A DNA stretch of 63,090 nucleotides, the filler included. It is 5 parts of 5 records of this genome, joined end to end, with 100 filler letters (N's around TTAATTAATTAA, not from the genome) between each part and the next. Parts side by side here need not be neighbours in the genome. Positions count along the whole stretch, not along the records: positions 16,155 to 42,965 come from SRR31156797_10642; 4 more parts are not named here. One strand, given 5' to 3'. The position numbers and the translations under genes are program-made. Positions 31,686-41,220 of the stretch are shown in pieces. Positions within the stretch are counted from its first letter, which is position 1; the number at the start of each line of letters is the position of its first letter. The notes under the pieces are model-generated. The model had not been told where the DNA came from. It searched no databases and saw only the letters and a list, made by a program, of their open reading frames with translations.

Positions 31686-32417
31686 ATGCAAAAAAATAAA
31701 AGACAAAGGTTCATTCTTCTAGTTATCATTACGGTGATTGCTGTTTTGATTTCTTATTATACCGAACATAAAACCTATGTATTGGTGGTAACCGGAGGTA
31801 AGAAAATAGAAAAAGAAAGTTTTTTGCAGATGTTTAAAGAAATGGATCAAATAACCTTTCATGAGGCTATTCAACCTGAAGCTAAGGATATGATGGCAAC
31901 CAAACGAATTAAGCAATATAGTGCCATTGTTTTTTATGATGTAAGCCAGGAAATTACAGAAAAGCAGAAACAAGCTTTTCTCAATTTATTGGAGGAAGGA
32001 AAAGGTATCGTATTCTTGCATCATGCCTTGGTATCTTATCAAAACTGGGATGCATATGAAAATATCATTGGAGGTAGATATTATCATAAATCCGAAACCG
32101 ACACCACCCGACCGGTTTCCACTTACAGACACGATGTGGAAATTCCTGTTGAAATTGTAAATCCAGAACATCCGGTGACCAAAGGATTAAACGATTTTAT
32201 CATTCATGATGAAGTTTATGGAAACTATAATGTATTGGATGATGTAACGCCACTTTTAACTACAAAACATCCTGAAAGCGAAAGTATAATTGCCTGGACA
32301 CATCGCTATAAAAACGCTAAAATTGTTTATTTGCAATCAGGCCACGATCATCATGCCTTTGAAGATGCTAACTACAGGAAATTGGTGGAGCAAGCTATTA
32401 AATGGGTTGCAGAATAG
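31686..32417 (+). CDS. ThuA-like domain protein
   Basis: VLVVTGG, GKGIVFLHHA, HPVTKG...HDEVY, GHD. Confidence 0.85.
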   Translation: MQKNKRQRFILLVIITVIAVLISYYTEHKTYVLVVTGGKKIEKESFLQMFKEMDQITFHEAIQPEAKDMMATKRIKQYSAIVFYDVSQEITEKQKQAFLNLLEEGKGIVFLHHALVSYQNWDAYENIIGGRYYHKSETDTTRPVSTYRHDVEIPVEIVNPEHPVTKGLNDFIIHDEVYGNYNVLDDVTPLLTTKHPESESIIAWTHRYKNAKIVYLQSGHDHHAFEDANYRKLVEQAIKWVAE

Positions 32418-32490
32418 CACCTTATAGACATCACAATAATCCATACAATAATCCGTTATTGATTTATATTTTAATTTTAAATCCTAATCT

Positions 32491-33453
32491 ATGAACAAAT
32501 TATTGCTATGCCTGATTTGCATCTTGTTTTTAAGCCCTCATTTATTTGCTCAATGTCCGGAGGGTACAATTACATCGGATGAGAACCTAATCACAAATGG
32601 CGATTTTAATAATACAACAACCTCTTTTCTTACTGAATATAAACGATCAAAATATGCGGGTGCAGGTAACTATACTATTGTAAAAGATGCCAGTTTGTTT
32701 AGTCAGGAATGGTTTGAAGGTGTTGGGCAAGGTTATTTTATGGCAGTTGATGGTGCACAAGGACCAAATAAAACGGTTTGGCAACAAACCATAAGCGTTA
32801 AGAAAAATACAAGCTATTTCTTTTCTGCATGGGTATCTACTTTGATGAATATAAAATACGGTCCTCCGGCTGTTTTGCAATTCTCCATCAATAATAAGCT
32901 TCTAGACAAACCATTTAACTGTCCTGACAAATTAAATACCTGGCAGCAATTTTTCGTCAATTGGAATTCTGGAGATCAGGAAAAGATATCTATAAAAATC
33001 GTGAGCCAGAATCCTGATTACAACGGCAATGATTTTGGTTTAGACCGGTTAAAATTTTATGAATGCATGTCGAGCAACCTGGAATCAAAACTAAAAAATG
33101 CCAAAGTAGGAGAAGTGATTGAGCTTCGTAATATCTATTTTGAAACCGGAAGTTGCGATTTAAAACCAACATCTAATATTCAAATGGACGAACTGTTTGA
33201 TTATCTTTCTGCCAATAGTAAAGTTCGTATTGAAATTTCCGGACATACCGATAACACTGGAAGCAAAACCAATAATCAATCATTGTCTGAAAACAGGGCC
33301 AATTCTGTAGCCGAATATTTAATACATAAAAAAATCGATCCGGTAAGAATTCAAATTGTGGGATATGGAGAAGATCACCCTATTGATTCAAATGAAACCT
33401 TAGAAGGACGACAAAAAAACAGAAGAGTAGAATTTAAAATACTGGCCATGTAA
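32491..33453 (+). CDS. OmpA C-terminal domain protein with an N-terminal jelly-roll/CBM-like domain
   Basis: NLITNGDF...GNDFGLD; IYFETG...GHTDNTG...LSENRA...NRRVEF. Confidence 0.85.
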   Translation: MNKLLLCLICILFLSPHLFAQCPEGTITSDENLITNGDFNNTTTSFLTEYKRSKYAGAGNYTIVKDASLFSQEWFEGVGQGYFMAVDGAQGPNKTVWQQTISVKKNTSYFFSAWVSTLMNIKYGPPAVLQFSINNKLLDKPFNCPDKLNTWQQFFVNWNSGDQEKISIKIVSQNPDYNGNDFGLDRLKFYECMSSNLESKLKNAKVGEVIELRNIYFETGSCDLKPTSNIQMDELFDYLSANSKVRIEISGHTDNTGSKTNNQSLSENRANSVAEYLIHKKIDPVRIQIVGYGEDHPIDSNETLEGRQKNRRVEFKILAM

Positions 33454-33641
33454 GTTTCGTTTCAATTCATTGAAAAATGTCATCTATGTAATCTCATTAC
33501 TTGTTGTTACCTTTGTTCACCGGTATTTGTGAATTTTTTATAGAAATATCTACGACTTATAAAATTCCAAATATTAAAACAAGCCATGAGAATGCCTGTT
33601 TTTGACAAGTTCAATATGATCATATAAATAAAAAATAAACC

Positions 33642-34931
33642 ATGCAGCAAAAACTTCTTTCTACACTATTCTTCTTCTTTGTATTTGTTAGCTCTTTTGC
33701 ACAAGAAAAATGCATCGAAAACGCTTTGTTTGAACTTCCTGATGTTGTTTTTAAGAAAATCAACAACAAAGGAAACTTTGAAAGTACTTACGAACTAAAA
33801 ATCAAACAACCACTCGATCACCAAAATCCTGATAAAGGTTATTTCTATCAACGTGCCTTTTTATCGCATAAAGATTTTACTCAACCCATGGTGATGTATA
33901 TTTCAGGATACAACCAGGGAGGCGTTTACTTGTCGGAGGTAACAAATATTCTCGATGCGAATCAATTATCTATTGAGCACCGTTTTTTTGGTGAAAGCAT
34001 ACCTGATTCGCTTGATTACGATTACCTTAATCTGGAACAAGCTACTGCTGATTTGCATCATATCAATACGATTTTTAAGAAATTATATAAAAGTAAATGG
34101 GTAAGTACAGGAATTAGTAAAGGTGGTGCCACTACTATCTTTTACAAGTACTTTTTCCCTGAAGATGTGGATGCCGGTGTTCCGTATGTAGCGCCAATCA
34201 ATAAAGAATTTGAAGAACACAGAATTTACACATTCCTCGATACAGTTGGAACTGATGATTGCCGCGAAAAGCTATTTAAACTTCAAAAACGTTTGTTTAA
34301 GCATCGCGATGAAGTACTCCCACTTATTGAGATGTACAGCAAAGGAGCAAAACTAAAGTTTGATTACCTGACATTAGAAGGTGCCTTTGAGTATTGGGTT
34401 CTGGAATATCCTTTTGCTTTTTGGCAATTTGGTGCATCATGCGACAATATCCCAACTGAGAGTACCTCTTTAATTGACGCAGTAAGCTACGTTTTAAATT
34501 TAAGCGATATCAGTTTTTTTAGCGATAAGGAGATTGATATGTATTTGCCGCACTATTATCAATCCGCCGAGCAAATGGGCTACTATGGATATGAGACAAA
34601 AAAATTTAAAGATGACTTAAAAGTATTAGCGCTAAAACCTCATCCACATGCAGCTATTGTTCCTGATGGTATTCCGGTTAAATTTGATGGAAGTTTATTG
34701 AAAAAGATAAACAAATGGACTCAGGAAGAAGGTGATCATTTAATTTATATCTATGGAAATAGTGATACCTGGACAGCTTCGGCTGTTGCTCCATCTAAAA
34801 AAGTAGATGCTGTTTGGTTTTTTATGGCAGGTAAAAACCATGGTTCTGCCCGCTATAGTCAAATGACGCCTCAGGAAAAGAAGAAATTTAATGATACGCT
34901 GGAAAGGTGGTTATCAATAGAAATTGAATAA
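33642..34931 (+). CDS. S28/S37-like serine peptidase
   Basis: QPLDH, IEHRFFGESIP, QATADLH, GISKGG. Confidence 0.85.
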   Translation: MQQKLLSTLFFFFVFVSSFAQEKCIENALFELPDVVFKKINNKGNFESTYELKIKQPLDHQNPDKGYFYQRAFLSHKDFTQPMVMYISGYNQGGVYLSEVTNILDANQLSIEHRFFGESIPDSLDYDYLNLEQATADLHHINTIFKKLYKSKWVSTGISKGGATTIFYKYFFPEDVDAGVPYVAPINKEFEEHRIYTFLDTVGTDDCREKLFKLQKRLFKHRDEVLPLIEMYSKGAKLKFDYLTLEGAFEYWVLEYPFAFWQFGASCDNIPTESTSLIDAVSYVLNLSDISFFSDKEIDMYLPHYYQSAEQMGYYGYETKKFKDDLKVLALKPHPHAAIVPDGIPVKFDGSLLKKINKWTQEEGDHLIYIYGNSDTWTASAVAPSKKVDAVWFFMAGKNHGSARYSQMTPQEKKKFNDTLERWLSIEIE

Positions 34932-35039
34932 AGTTTCGCAATGAACACATAAGGATCTCGCAAAGATCGCCAAGAAAATTTAAGCTTATAGAATTGGTGA
35001 GTTTTAAGAGATATTTGTAGAGATTACAAAAAAAAAGAT

Positions 35040-35074
35040 AAGGCCGGATGTTAACGTTTTAGCATCCGGCCTTT
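35040..35074. terminator. Hairpin between convergent genes
   Basis: AAGGCCGGATGTTAA...TTAGCATCCGGCCTT. Confidence 0.75.
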
Positions 35075-35127
35075 ATAATTACAACAAAACAATTTTAATA
35101 GGAATAATTATCTATTCCTGGTTCCCA

Positions 35128-36246
35128 CTATTCATAAATTTTTGGTAAGTCAGACAAGAAAAGCGTTTCAGCTCTTTTGTGAAATGCTTTAAAATCTTCG
35201 GCACTTACCTGTCCCGGGTAAGGACCATAATATTGAGCCTCTTCAATATTAATCCAAACCAATGCCCATCGAATTCCCGATCCTTTGGTATATTTCAACA
35301 GCGACTCTGTCCACCATTTCTCCGGTTGCACGCATAAATTACCGGTTTCTGTTAATGCATAAGGTTTGTTTTTTGCCTGTGCTATTTGCTTTAATATTTG
35401 CAGATTTTCGGGTAAAACCTTAGCGTAATCAATACCATAATGCGGAAAATCATACACATCAATACCTAATACATCCACCCATTCGTCTCCTGGATATTTA
35501 GCTAGATATTCTTCTGAAGATTTTACAATATTGGGAGAATAGGCATACAGAAGGTTATGAATATCCATGCTGTCACGCAAATGACTCACCGTATATTTCC
35601 ACAATTGTTTATACTCATCCACTGAGCAAAAACGATCGCCCCACCAAAACCAACTGCCATTGTGCTCATGATAAGGTCTGAATACAACAGGAATTCCATT
35701 TCCTTTATCGTCTTTCAACGATTTTAAAAAGGTTCCCACACTGTTTAACCAATCTTTGAATTTCAGATGTTGTTCTCCTCCGGGTAAAAGATGTTTTACT
35801 GCTACCGTTGTATCCCAGGTTGTTCCTCCTGTTATTGGATGTGTTGGATGCCAGCTAATGGTATTGACAGCACCCATATCATAAGCCTTTCGAATGAGCT
35901 TTTTCATCAGTTTAAAATTAACTGAATCAATATTTACAGGCGACCCGGTTTCAATGTGTCCTAAATCCCAACCAAAAACCGCAGGATAATCTCCCGAAAC
36001 CCTGTAAATATCCGAGCTTCCCGGATCATCCTCATATTTCCAGCCTATGCCATACGAAAAAGAATCTTCGTGTCCGAACATAATTCCCAGCGTATCACTA
36101 CCTTGCAAAAATTGAAATAGTTCTTTAACATTCGTTTCTGCCTTTGAATCGCACAGTTTAATGACTTCTTCTTTGGGTTGACAACTGCAAAGTAGTGCAA
36201 TAGCCATGCATGCCACAATAATTTTACGGTGTAGATGATGTATCAT
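35128..36246 (-). CDS. GH26 beta-mannanase lipoprotein
   Basis: FRPYHEHNGSWFWWG, YPGDEWVDVLGIDVY, ALTETG. Confidence 0.92.
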   Translation of the reverse strand: MIHHLHRKIIVACMAIALLCSCQPKEEVIKLCDSKAETNVKELFQFLQGSDTLGIMFGHEDSFSYGIGWKYEDDPGSSDIYRVSGDYPAVFGWDLGHIETGSPVNIDSVNFKLMKKLIRKAYDMGAVNTISWHPTHPITGGTTWDTTVAVKHLLPGGEQHLKFKDWLNSVGTFLKSLKDDKGNGIPVVFRPYHEHNGSWFWWGDRFCSVDEYKQLWKYTVSHLRDSMDIHNLLYAYSPNIVKSSEEYLAKYPGDEWVDVLGIDVYDFPHYGIDYAKVLPENLQILKQIAQAKNKPYALTETGNLCVQPEKWWTESLLKYTKGSGIRWALVWINIEEAQYYGPYPGQVSAEDFKAFHKRAETLFLSDLPKIYE

Positions 36247-36461
36247 ATCAATAGATTATTAATGCTTACGTTTCGCCTAATATAGATAAAGCGTTCCTAT
36301 CAAACATAAAAGAGAAAAAATAGTATCTGATTTTTATAAAATCGTATCATAAACAATTGATGGCAACTATGCCTCTAAAAATATTTATACATTAGCACTC
36401 CTATTCCTCTTACTTAAATATGATTTACAGATATCTTTATTAACAAATAAAAACTGCACGA

Positions 36462-36767
36462 ATGAAAACCTGTCCTAATTGCCAAGCTGAAATGGAAGAT
36501 AATTTTGAGTTATGCTGGAATTGCAACTACAGCCTTACCGAAAACAAAGTGGTTGAAATCAAAGAAATCTCCAAAGGAAACAGGGAAATTGATTGCTTAC
36601 GATGCAAAGTACCTATGTTATTCTCCGGTGAATATAAATTTCATGAAGGCTCCAAAATAGGTGCTTTGGGTAACCTTTTTGAGTTATTTGTAAATCGCGA
36701 GGCCTTTGATTTATATATTTGCCCCAAATGTGGTAAAGTGGAGTTTTTTGCCCCACAAAATGCCTAA
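36462..36767 (+). CDS. Double zinc-ribbon protein
   Basis: CPNC...CWNC and CLRC...CPKCGKVEFF. Confidence 0.8.
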   Translation: MKTCPNCQAEMEDNFELCWNCNYSLTENKVVEIKEISKGNREIDCLRCKVPMLFSGEYKFHEGSKIGALGNLFELFVNREAFDLYICPKCGKVEFFAPQNA

Positions 36768-36784
36768 TTGAAAACTGACAAATA

Positions 36785-37615
36785 ATGAAAACACTAGTCA
36801 TTACACTTTTAACCCTGTTCTTATTCATCGGAATAAAAGCACAGGACCAAAACTATATTACCAAAGAAAATATATCCTACTACCCGGATTCACTTTCTAA
36901 AAACGATGCTTATATCAAAGAAAGATGTGTGTTGGATATTTATTATCCAGTCGATATCAAAGATTTTGCAACCATTGTCTGGTTTCATGGTGGAGGCTTA
37001 CGAGGCGGACAAAAAGAAATTCCCCAGGCACTTAAAAACAAAGGCGTAGCTGTAATTGGTGTAAACTATCGTTTGTTTCCCAAAATTGGAGCGCCTGAAT
37101 ATATTAAAGATGCAGCTGCTGCAGTAGCCTGGGCATTTAAAAACATTGAAAGCTTTGGCGGTGATTCATCGCTTATTTTCGTTTCGGGTCACTCTGCCGG
37201 AGGTTATTTATGCAGTATGATAGGATTGGATAAAAAATACCTGGCTTATCATGGTATAGACGCCAATCGTATTGCCGGATTAATTCCTTTTAGTGGTCAT
37301 ACCATTACTCATTTTACAGTAAGAGAAGAAAGAGGTATTGACGGAAAAATACCTGTGGTGGATGAACTTGCTCCCTTATATCATGTAAGAGCAGATGCTC
37401 CTCCACTATTACTAATTACGGGTGATAGAGAATTGGAAATGCTGGGGCGCTACGAAGAAAATGCCTATATGATGAGAATGATGAAAGTTTCCGGTCATAA
37501 AGATACCCGTTTGTTTGAACTGGATGGTTACGGCCATGGCATGACAGAACCTGCATTCCCTCTTTTACTCAACGAAGTGGAAAGAATTAGCAAATTACTC
37601 CTACCAAACTTATAA
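36785..37615 (+). CDS. Alpha/beta hydrolase (HSL-like esterase)
   Basis: HGGG and GHSAGG; signal peptide. Confidence 0.88.
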   Translation: MKTLVITLLTLFLFIGIKAQDQNYITKENISYYPDSLSKNDAYIKERCVLDIYYPVDIKDFATIVWFHGGGLRGGQKEIPQALKNKGVAVIGVNYRLFPKIGAPEYIKDAAAAVAWAFKNIESFGGDSSLIFVSGHSAGGYLCSMIGLDKKYLAYHGIDANRIAGLIPFSGHTITHFTVREERGIDGKIPVVDELAPLYHVRADAPPLLLITGDRELEMLGRYEENAYMMRMMKVSGHKDTRLFELDGYGHGMTEPAFPLLLNEVERISKLLLPNL

Positions 37616-37666
37616 CCAAATACAAAAGACAATACAGAGAATACCCAAGAAAAAGTAAATATAAAA

Positions 37667-39886
37667 ATGACAAGACAAATTTTATTCCTGCTCTTTATCT
37701 TTAACCTTACCCTATCGCAAGCACAAAACCTGGAAGGCTTTGTTAAAAGCATGAAAAATAAGCCTATTGAAGGAGCTTACATTTTAAACGTAAGTAGTGG
37801 AACGCATGCGCACTCAAACAAATCAGGGGCTTATTCAATTCAGGATACACACGTTGGTGATACTTTACGAGTTTCGCATCTGAACTATATTAATCTTGTT
37901 ATAACTGTAAATTCGGTAAAAGAGCCGTTGAATATTGAAATGAAAGAACAAGCCTTGTCTATTGATGAGATTGTTGTTTCTCCTGAAATCAATGCTTTAA
38001 AGCTGATTACAGATATTGACATTCAAACAAAGCCAGTTATATCGTCGCAAGAAGTATTGCAGCAGGTGCCGGGTTTAATCATTGGTCAACATGCCGGAGG
38101 TGGTAAAGCTGAACAAATATTTTTACGCGGATTTGACATTGATCACGGAACAGATATCAACATCACGGTTGATGGTTTGCCTGTCAATATGGTTTCTCAT
38201 GCACACGGGCAAGGTTATGCCGACTTGCATTTTATTATTCCCGAAACGCTTGATAAGGTCGATTTTGACAAGGGTTGTTACAATCCGGAGAAAGGAAATT
38301 TTGCCACTGCCGGATATGCTGATTTCAGAACCAAAGAACAATTGGAGAACAACCTGGTAAAAACAGAAATTGGAGAGTTCAATCACAAACGATTAGTTGG
38401 CTTGTTTAATGTGTTGGAGCAAAACAAGCAAACAGCCTACTTTGCATCTGAGTTTATTAAAACAGATGGCGCTTTTGATAGTCCGCAGAACTTTGCTCGC
38501 GTTAATCTTTTTGGAAAATATACTTCTCTTTTAAATAATGAAGATAAAATTGGACTGACCTTATCTCATTTTAAAAGTTCATGGGATGCATCAGGACAGG
38601 TTCCTCAAAGAGCTGTTGAGAATGGCACGATTAGTCGATTTGGAGCCATTGATGATACGGAAGGAGGATTTACTTCCAGAAATAATTTTAGCCTGAATTA
38701 TCACAAGCATATTGATGACAACACTTATGTGAGTAATCAGGTCTATTATAGCCAATACAATTTTGATTTATATTCCAACTTTACTTTCTTTTTAAATGAT
38801 CCGGTAAATGGTGATCATATTAAGCAAAAAGAATCGCGCGATATTTATGGGTTTAAATCAGTTTATCATCATTCTTTCTCTGACCAGAAAGGGGAAGGCA
38901 ACTGGAAAGCCGGTGCTGAACTCAGAAATGATCAAAGTAAAAACAACACTTTGAGCCATACTTTAAACCGCAAAGCAACTATAGAGGAAATACGACTGGG
39001 AGATATTAATGAATTAAATTTTGGTGCTTTTGTCAGCCTTAATTATCATATCAACAAATGGACTTTTAACCCGTCGGTACGAGTTGATTATTTCGACTTT
39101 CAATATCAGGACAAACTGGCCGATACTTACGCTACCTTATCTCAAGGTAAATCCATTGTTAGTCCAAAATTGAATATTCTATACAGCGCTTCAGATGCAT
39201 TACAACTTTATTTGAAAACAGGTAAAGGATTTCATTCTAACGATTCCCGAGTGGTAGTCGCTCAGGAAGGGCATAAAATTTTACCTGCATCTTATGGTGC
39301 GGATCTTGGATTTGTATGGAAACCGGTTTCAAGAATGGTGGTGAACACAGCTTACTGGTATTTATTTTTAGAACAAGAGTTTGTTTATGTGGGTGATGAA
39401 GGTGTTGTGGAGCCAAGTGGGAAAACCCAACGCCATGGATTTGATTTAAGTATCAGGTATCAGATTTTAGATTGGCTATATAGTAATTTCGATATGAACT
39501 ATACCCATGGCAGGGCAACAGAAGAAGCTGAAGGAGAACAATATTTGCCGCTTGCTCCGGATTTTACTTCGGTTGGAGGATTAAACGCCATTCATCCATC
39601 CGGAATTTATGGTGGCATAAACTATCGTTTTGTGGACGACAGACCGGCTAATGAAGATAATTCTATAGTGGCTAAAGGATATACTGTTGTAGATGCTAAT
39701 GTGGGTTATAAATGGAGGCATTTTGATGTTGGATTCATCGTTCAGAATATATTCAATACAGAATGGAATGAAACCCAGTTTGCCACAGAGTCGAGGCTAC
39801 AAAATGAAGTTGATCCGGTTGAAGAAATTCATTTTATTCCGGGAACACCAAGGTTTATCAGGGCAAACATTAGTTACAGCTTTTAA
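37667..39886 (+). CDS. TonB-dependent receptor
   Basis: QHAGGGKAEQIFLRGFDIDHGTD, SHAHGQGYADL; C-terminal YSF. Confidence 0.9.
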   Translation: MTRQILFLLFIFNLTLSQAQNLEGFVKSMKNKPIEGAYILNVSSGTHAHSNKSGAYSIQDTHVGDTLRVSHLNYINLVITVNSVKEPLNIEMKEQALSIDEIVVSPEINALKLITDIDIQTKPVISSQEVLQQVPGLIIGQHAGGGKAEQIFLRGFDIDHGTDINITVDGLPVNMVSHAHGQGYADLHFIIPETLDKVDFDKGCYNPEKGNFATAGYADFRTKEQLENNLVKTEIGEFNHKRLVGLFNVLEQNKQTAYFASEFIKTDGAFDSPQNFARVNLFGKYTSLLNNEDKIGLTLSHFKSSWDASGQVPQRAVENGTISRFGAIDDTEGGFTSRNNFSLNYHKHIDDNTYVSNQVYYSQYNFDLYSNFTFFLNDPVNGDHIKQKESRDIYGFKSVYHHSFSDQKGEGNWKAGAELRNDQSKNNTLSHTLNRKATIEEIRLGDINELNFGAFVSLNYHINKWTFNPSVRVDYFDFQYQDKLADTYATLSQGKSIVSPKLNILYSASDALQLYLKTGKGFHSNDSRVVVAQEGHKILPASYGADLGFVWKPVSRMVVNTAYWYLFLEQEFVYVGDEGVVEPSGKTQRHGFDLSIRYQILDWLYSNFDMNYTHGRATEEAEGEQYLPLAPDFTSVGGLNAIHPSGIYGGINYRFVDDRPANEDNSIVAKGYTVVDANVGYKWRHFDVGFIVQNIFNTEWNETQFATESRLQNEVDPVEEIHFIPGTPRFIRANISYSF

Positions 39887-39906
39887 ATACTTCAGTAATA
39901 AAATAG

Positions 39907-40066
39907 AAAGGGACTGTCGAGAATTAGAATTTCACGCGAAGACCGCTAAGGATATCGCAAAGTTCGGAAAGTAAAATCTTATTGAATTGTACTAATTTGC
40001 GTTCTTATCGTAATGTTTTCTTGGCGTCCTTTGCGAGATACCTATTTAATTCTCGACAGTCCCTTT
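39907..40066. mobile_element. MITE-like non-autonomous element, 160 bp
   Basis: Perfect 20-bp terminal inverted repeats AAAGGGACTGTCGAGAATTA (39907-39926) and TAATTCTCGACAGTCCCTTT (40047-40066); no credible ORF inside. Confidence 0.7.
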
Positions 40067-40080
40067 TAAAATACTTTTAC

Positions 40081-41121
40081 CTACTCTCCAAAAGCATCCA
40101 TGGCTTTCGTTGGAGATCCCAAGTCATCAAAAGCGCCTTTTGAATAGGCTTTCCAACCATTGTGAGCTTGAGGTTCCCAATAGAACAAACCTAAAATATC
40201 GTCATTGTCTTTGGTACGGCTTATCAGGTCAGAAAGGAAACTATAGGCAGCTTCTTCCTCAGTCCACGACATACCCACCTCGCAAATAACAACAGGTGTG
40301 TTATAACGATTCGTCACATATTGAGCATTAGCAATCAAACCATCATTTAAGGATTGCCAGGTGTCTGTTTCTGGATATAATGACATACCAATTGCATCCC
40401 ATTTTCCGCCATTGTTTTTAAGTCCGTCGAAAAGATAAGTATACAAACTGCTTTGATGCCCATTGTCAACATGAACGATTACAATAGCTTCCGGAAAAAT
40501 GGCTTTAACAGCATCGTAACCACAGTTATTCAATGTTGCATATTGCGCCATATTTTCGTGCGCATCACCATCAGGCCACAGCATTCCGCCTCTTGTTTCG
40601 TTACCCACTTGAACCCACTCCGGAGTAACACCCCAGGCTTTTAATGAGGACAATACATCAGTTGTGTGCTCACTTACTGCCTCACAAAGCTCTGTAAAAC
40701 TAAGATTTTCCCAAGCGGCCGGTTTATTTTGCTTACCCGGATCAGCCCATGAATCACTGTAATGAAAATCGACCATCACACGCATACCCAGATCATTGGC
40801 TCGTTTAGCTTTTACCAGAAAATCGGTTTTGTTGCACCAACCATCCACAGGGTTTACCCAAACTCTTAATCGAATACTGTTCATACCCAAACATTTGAGC
40901 AATGACATGCATTCCATCTCAGTACCTTCGGTGTTGTAAAACAATACACCTTCCTTTTCCATCTCGGTCAACCAGCTAACATCTGCTCCTCTGGCAAAAC
41001 CGCTCATATCCTCCACAACAGCTTTTTTCTTGGTAAAAGGTTTCTTTTCTTCATCATCGCTACAAGCTCCCAGCAAGAAGGTAACAAAGAATATTAGTGT
41101 TAATAATTTTAGTATTCTCAT
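40081..41121 (-). CDS. GH53 endo-beta-1,4-galactanase lipoprotein
   Basis: GADVSW, IRLRVWVNP, DFHYSDSWADPGKQ, QVGNE, FYWEP. Confidence 0.95.
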   Translation of the reverse strand: MRILKLLTLIFFVTFLLGACSDDEEKKPFTKKKAVVEDMSGFARGADVSWLTEMEKEGVLFYNTEGTEMECMSLLKCLGMNSIRLRVWVNPVDGWCNKTDFLVKAKRANDLGMRVMVDFHYSDSWADPGKQNKPAAWENLSFTELCEAVSEHTTDVLSSLKAWGVTPEWVQVGNETRGGMLWPDGDAHENMAQYATLNNCGYDAVKAIFPEAIVIVHVDNGHQSSLYTYLFDGLKNNGGKWDAIGMSLYPETDTWQSLNDGLIANAQYVTNRYNTPVVICEVGMSWTEEEAAYSFLSDLISRTKDNDDILGLFYWEPQAHNGWKAYSKGAFDDLGSPTKAMDAFGE

Positions 41122-41149
41122 TTTATGATTTGTTTTTCAATTTAAATTA

Positions 41150-41203
41150 ATGCTGTGCATCATCCACTCCTAATCCCAATAAAAAGCTTAGAATGCACAG
41201 CAT
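41150..41203. other. Intergenic 11-bp inverted repeat
   Basis: ATGCTGTGCAT ... ATGCACAGCAT. Confidence 0.5.
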
Positions 41204-41220
41204 AACAAAACAACTATTTT

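Noticed and set aside
36321-36350. GTATC direct repeat at 21-bp spacing upstream of GH26 (HTCS-like site)
   Set aside because: Only 5 bp identical, easily by chance, and no HTCS gene is in view.
36392-36400. TTAGCACTC CIRCE half-site upstream of the zinc-ribbon gene
   Set aside because: No matching GAGTGCTAA half at 9-bp spacing.
39693-39974. 93-aa ORF running into the MITE-like element as a possible transposase remnant
   Set aside because: Mostly an alternative frame of the TonB receptor gene; no DDE or HUH motifs.
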